A stretch of DNA of 64,000 bases. Origin: Paragordius varius (lineage: Eukaryota > Animalia > Nematomorpha). Made by a program: the position numbers and the translations under genes. Below the pieces are notes generated by a model. The model ran no database searches. It was not told the DNA's origin and worked only from the letters and a program-made list of their open reading frames with translations. Below are positions 59,485 to 64,000 of the stretch, one piece after another. The stretch is taken from positions 9,300,001-9,364,000 of the forward strand of contig OZ176054.1 of assembly GCA_964247055.1 (NCBI GenBank), in the 5' to 3' direction. Position 1 is the first letter of the stretch. Each line of letters opens with the position of its first letter.

Positions 59485-60786
59485 TCTCATATATGTGTAC
59501 CGAAAAAGGGCATTTATATACATATAAATATATATGTACATGTAATTAATGTGATACCACCGAGGCAACTTTTAAACAAAAATATCATACATAGTAATAA
59601 AAAATATACAGTATCCAATTTCATAAATTACTGTAAGTTCATAACAGAAATACAAATGCGCACATTCTGTTTAATTACTTTTTTGGTAACTAATTGTAAC
59701 AAATCACTAGAATATATCATAAACCACATATAAGCAAAACAATATTTTTATTAAATTCTAAATAGAGTTGGCCCCAAAAATCCTAAATTTTGATCTCATA
59801 AAATGGGTTTTTAGAACAAAGACTAAGGTGCCGATATTGCTCGGTAAAAGATTTAAAAATGCTAAATTTCAAAAAAAGTTTTTTACGAAAAAATAAATTT
59901 TTCGCTCAAATCTTTACATGAGCAAAATTAAGCGATAGTTTTATGTATATTATAGCATGGCGGAAACGGTAAAAACAGTAAAATATTATAAAAACATCTT
60001 TTCTATACGATTCCATAATGCTGTACATTTTCATCACTTATTTAATGAAAGGTATGTATGCTTTTAAATTAAAAAAAAATGGTATTTATCAAGCTGAAGA
60101 CGATGAATATTATAATTAAAATTATGAGGTGATAGTTCAACATCGGATTATAAAAAAGTTTTATTCTGTATTATTCATGCCTCAATAGGTAGGCAACAAA
60201 ATTTTATTAAAAATTAAATTTATAACAAAAAAATATGTTTTTTCCCATAATCTTACATATGTTAAAATAATTTAAGCAAAATCTCGGCATTTTTGCTTAG
60301 CTAATTTCAGAAGGGAAAAAAATTGGGACTTTCTGAGCCCATATCATTTTAGATATTACAAAAATATTTGCTTTTATATATTTATTATACATTTTAAAAA
60401 TGTTGCATAAGGCATTTTGTTTTTAACAAATTTTATCAATATTGCAAGTAATTTTGAGATTTTAAATTATTGAACAATTACCACAAAAGGGAAAATATAT
60501 ATCATATATTACTAGTAGGCCCCAAAAGCAAAAGGCACCAAATTAATCCAGTTACATTATTCAATCAAAATAGATATATTTCATTGAGATATTTTATAAC
60601 CCCCTGATTTTGGATGTAGTGTTGTATTGTCGAAAAAAATTTACGTATTTTATGGTTTTTCAGAGGATGGTAAACACGTTATAAAATCAGTTTTAGATCT
60701 TATAACAAATTCTATATATTTTAATGATGTTTGACATTTATCACTTCAAAATTTTAAATAAGGCATTTATTATTCAATAGGTTAAA

Positions 60787-60845
<59 letters not shown>

Positions 60846-61707
60846 GTTTTCCCTAAAATATTTAGGTAAATTTCAAGACGAACACATGGTCCAAAATACC
60901 CCAAAAAATGTAGGTAATCAAAATTCAGCTAGCACATATATTTTTAAACGGAATATGAATTCCTTTAAAAAAAGATTTATTATCATAATTGTCCATGGCG
61001 TTTATGCGTTCATTTAAAAAAAACAAGCCCGTTTTGGAGAAAAAAAATTGAATGCTTTTGATCATATTTTGACCGAAAATCTTTATTAAGATATTTTAAG
61101 AATTAAATGCAATTATAAATTTTTGCCCGGGATTACCCTACATAAATAGCTGGCTGGATTAATATAAATCAAAATAACCAATAATACTCTATGAGCTCCA
61201 ATATATGAATGGGTTAAAAATGTATTATAGCTCTTACCAAATGACCAATGTAATTAAATATAGATATGCTGAATAGTTAGGACATGAACACTTAAAAAAT
61301 CTAAAGGCAAAAAAATATTAATTTAGTATCTAAAACCAAAGTTTGTAAATAATTTTTTCCAAATATATATTTTATAATTTTTCCAGGGCCTCACAGAGTG
61401 TCGTGGAAAACCGACTTTTAAACATGCTTGCGCGATTTAATTCTATAACTCAAAAACTGTTAAACAAAACATTTATAATGATTATATTTCAGTTAAAGTA
61501 ATAACAAATTTTAGGCAAGAGATATATACACCTCTATTTAATATAATTAATTCAATGGTATTTTATTTTTAAATGGAATTGTAAGAAATAGAGCTTTTGT
61601 TTAATGTACCTTTAAATAGTCATTATCATTTCAAATTCTCATGCAAAATATCACAAAAAAGGATAACATTTATTGTGTATACAAAATGATCCTAACATAC
61701 TTTGACA

Positions 61708-63045
61708 TTATGATGATACAGGTCTAGACCAACCCCTCATTTTACTCCTAATATTTACATTCGAAAATATGATAATGTAAGGCGTCATAAAATATTTAAA
61801 TGTCAATAAAAAATATGAAATTCTTTCTAGTCTTGATTCACAATTCAGGCCAGCTACCCAAAATTTACTTTTCCACACACTAATAAAAAGCCAAGGGATA
61901 GAAATTACCAGCGTAAAAATGTTCAAAATTGTTAAAATTATGAGGAAATTTTTTATTTTGTCCGATTTTATGCGCCTGACATGATGTTCTCTTGTGCATG
62001 ATGGATCTGTGGTTGAACGATTATAAGTGGTGGGTACAACCGATTCCATCGGTAAATTTGAAGTTTGTTGAGATGATACGTTTGGTTGAGGTGATACGCT
62101 TTTAGAAACGTTTCTAAATCTTATGGACGCTTCATTAGTTATATTACAATTTTTTATCATAAAACTTGTTGTGGGCACTTGGACCTTATTTTGTTCCATA
62201 ATAATGGGAATTTCGTTTTTAATACGATTAAATTTTTTGCTTAAAGTTAATTTCGCTATAGTGTATCCGTTGGATACAATTATAAGAATATATGGTAAAA
62301 CAAATATGAGTGTTATAACAAACGCATGATATATTTGGAAATAATGTTGTAATTTTGGGTTTAAAGGTATTACTGAAAATTTCGTTGATAATTCCACATA
62401 AGTTTCTTTATCTATATAATCTTTGATGGGTTCTAGGTTATTGTAAAACGCATAAGGAATAATAAGGATGAACGATATTAACACAATAAATCCAATAGTG
62501 ATTTTGACCAATCCTAAACTATGTTTACTTTGAAAATGATGGTATTGTACGGGATAATTAATAGCAGTAAAAATATCAATGTTTGCCAAAACTATTATGT
62601 AATTGGAGGCAGAAAAGCCCACGTAGGAGACTTTAATTTTTCCAATAATAATTGCTATATAAATATGTTCGGTGTTCCTAAAGCAATCACTCCTATACAT
62701 AACACGAATTACGAAATGGGGAATAACCGTTAGACAGACCAGTAAACCCATAATACACAATGATGTAAGATAAAATCGATTGATTTTTTTATAGGAATGT
62801 CGGATTTTAAATATATCACATCGTTTAACATTTAGGGATAAAATTAGAATAATGTATCCAACAAACCCTAAAGAGAGGGCCGATGCATAAAGTACAGGGT
62901 ATATCCATTTTCCTTCTAAATCCGCGGGTGTATTAATTATGTTTATAATCGTTTCATTGGTCGGTATATGCAAAATGGTTTTATTATCATCGTATTGGCT
63001 AATGTTACTGACATTTAGGTGAACAACATTTAACGTCAAATTCAT
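61708..63045 (-). CDS. Intronless rhodopsin-class (class A) GPCR, peptide-receptor-like, 445 aa
   Basis: N-terminal N-glycosylation sequons (NLT, NVS, NIS, NKT, NET) and seven hydrophobic segments. TM3 end ANIDIFTAINYP, TM5 FVLPYILIIVSN, long ICL3, TM6 ISIPW, TM7 FMTPYIII. Confidence 0.85.
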   Translation of the reverse strand: MNLTLNVVHLNVSNISQYDDNKTILHIPTNETIINIINTPADLEGKWIYPVLYASALSLGFVGYIILILSLNVKRCDIFKIRHSYKKINRFYLTSLCIMGLLVCLTVIPHFVIRVMYRSDCFRNTEHIYIAIIIGKIKVSYVGFSASNYIIVLANIDIFTAINYPVQYHHFQSKHSLGLVKITIGFIVLISFILIIPYAFYNNLEPIKDYIDKETYVELSTKFSVIPLNPKLQHYFQIYHAFVITLIFVLPYILIIVSNGYTIAKLTLSKKFNRIKNEIPIIMEQNKVQVPTTSFMIKNCNITNEASIRFRNVSKSVSPQPNVSSQQTSNLPMESVVPTTYNRSTTDPSCTREHHVRRIKSDKIKNFLIILTILNIFTLVISIPWLFISVWKSKFWVAGLNCESRLERISYFLLTFKYFMTPYIIIFSNVNIRSKMRGWSRPVSS

Positions 63046-63702
63046 TAGGTTAGTTAATCCTAGATATATTTTTGTATTGATATTTAATTACGCAAATAAT
63101 TATCCAAATATCTTACTAAGCTAATATAATGCTTGTATGTTAATTAATAACCAATATCTTATATCACATAATTGATATGTCGTATTTATATAAAAATTTC
63201 ATATTTCTTATATGGTTTATACTCTATTATATTAACCTGGATTTTTAGTAAAACGATCATAGAGCATAAATTTAATATTAAAACTTCAAGACCTTTTGGG
63301 GTAGTTTTTCATCCTAAAGTGATTTAATATTTGAATATCATAAAAAGTATTTAAGGTAGGCCGAATTTAATTTAGCCTTTTGTGAGCATAATACAAATTT
63401 TTTAAAAATAAGCCTTTTGCGCGCATAATACAAAAATTTAAATTGTAGAGATATCCTCATCTCAAACTTTTTTGCCGCCATTTTTTATATAATTTTTAAA
63501 TTGCTAATACAACAGGTGAATATATCTATATTATGGTTAGAGAATGTAATTAACTTTAGTAATTCAGGTAGTAGTTTCTTTGCAAGCTAATGTCATCGCC
63601 GAAAAAGTCGAGTTTGATAAAAATTAGTTAATTATTTCACATTTTGTTAAAATATGGATATTTTTTACAATTTTTGGAGGAAATATTCAAGAGTATGCTT
63701 AA

Positions 63703-63808
63703 ACACTTCAAGATGGTCCTTGACACTTGAAGTTAGTCCTCTTGTACATCTCAAGTTGGTTTTTAAACTTCAAGTTGGTCCCTGAACACTTCAAGATGGT
63801 CCTTAAAG
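63703..63808. repeat. Short degenerate tandem repeat of about 20-22-bp units (acacttcaagatggtcct)
   Basis: acacttcaagatggtcct occurs at about 63703 and about 63786, with variants (cttgaagttagtcct, ctcaagttggtt, cttcaagttggtcc) between them. Confidence 0.6.
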
Positions 63809-64000
63809 TTTTTAAATTTGGATTTAACCATAATTTTTGCATGTATTTTTTTATTTTATTTTTTTAACCTATTTTCTTTATTTATATATTTATTCAATAA
63901 AAATAAATTTTTTTATTCACAAAATTTTTTTTTCTTTCAAACTTAACAAAATTATTAAATTATAAATGTTATGTTAAATTAAAAAAAACAGAATACTTAT

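Overview
Very AT-rich eukaryotic (bilaterian animal, probably protostome) genomic DNA with intron-containing genes and many transposon relics. I built all gene models by hand from GT/GC-AG sites, reading-frame phase and recalled protein-family motifs; no database search was run. Contents in order: a probable guanylyl/adenylyl cyclase exon, an orphan membrane-protein ORF, a 38-exon muscle myosin II heavy chain gene (14638-30069, +), AMDHD1 (+), UBFD1 (-), a decayed Ty3/gypsy element, convergent MGMT (+) and HCCS (-), a 6-kb decayed hAT transposon, and an intronless rhodopsin-class GPCR (-). Four things stand out. (1) Five ultra-short introns of 22, 22, 22, 25 and 29 nt (one GC-AG) are needed to restore the reading frames of four conserved genes, while all myosin introns are 57 nt or longer. 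(2) A 229-codon alternative first exon inside a myosin rod intron predicts a headless catchin/myorod-like isoform. (3) The myosin gene has two pairs of mutually exclusive exons for the P-loop/loop 1, and two of these exons share an upstream intronic motif. (4) A Gly-rich, host-like coding fragment sits antisense inside the gypsy 5' LTR.
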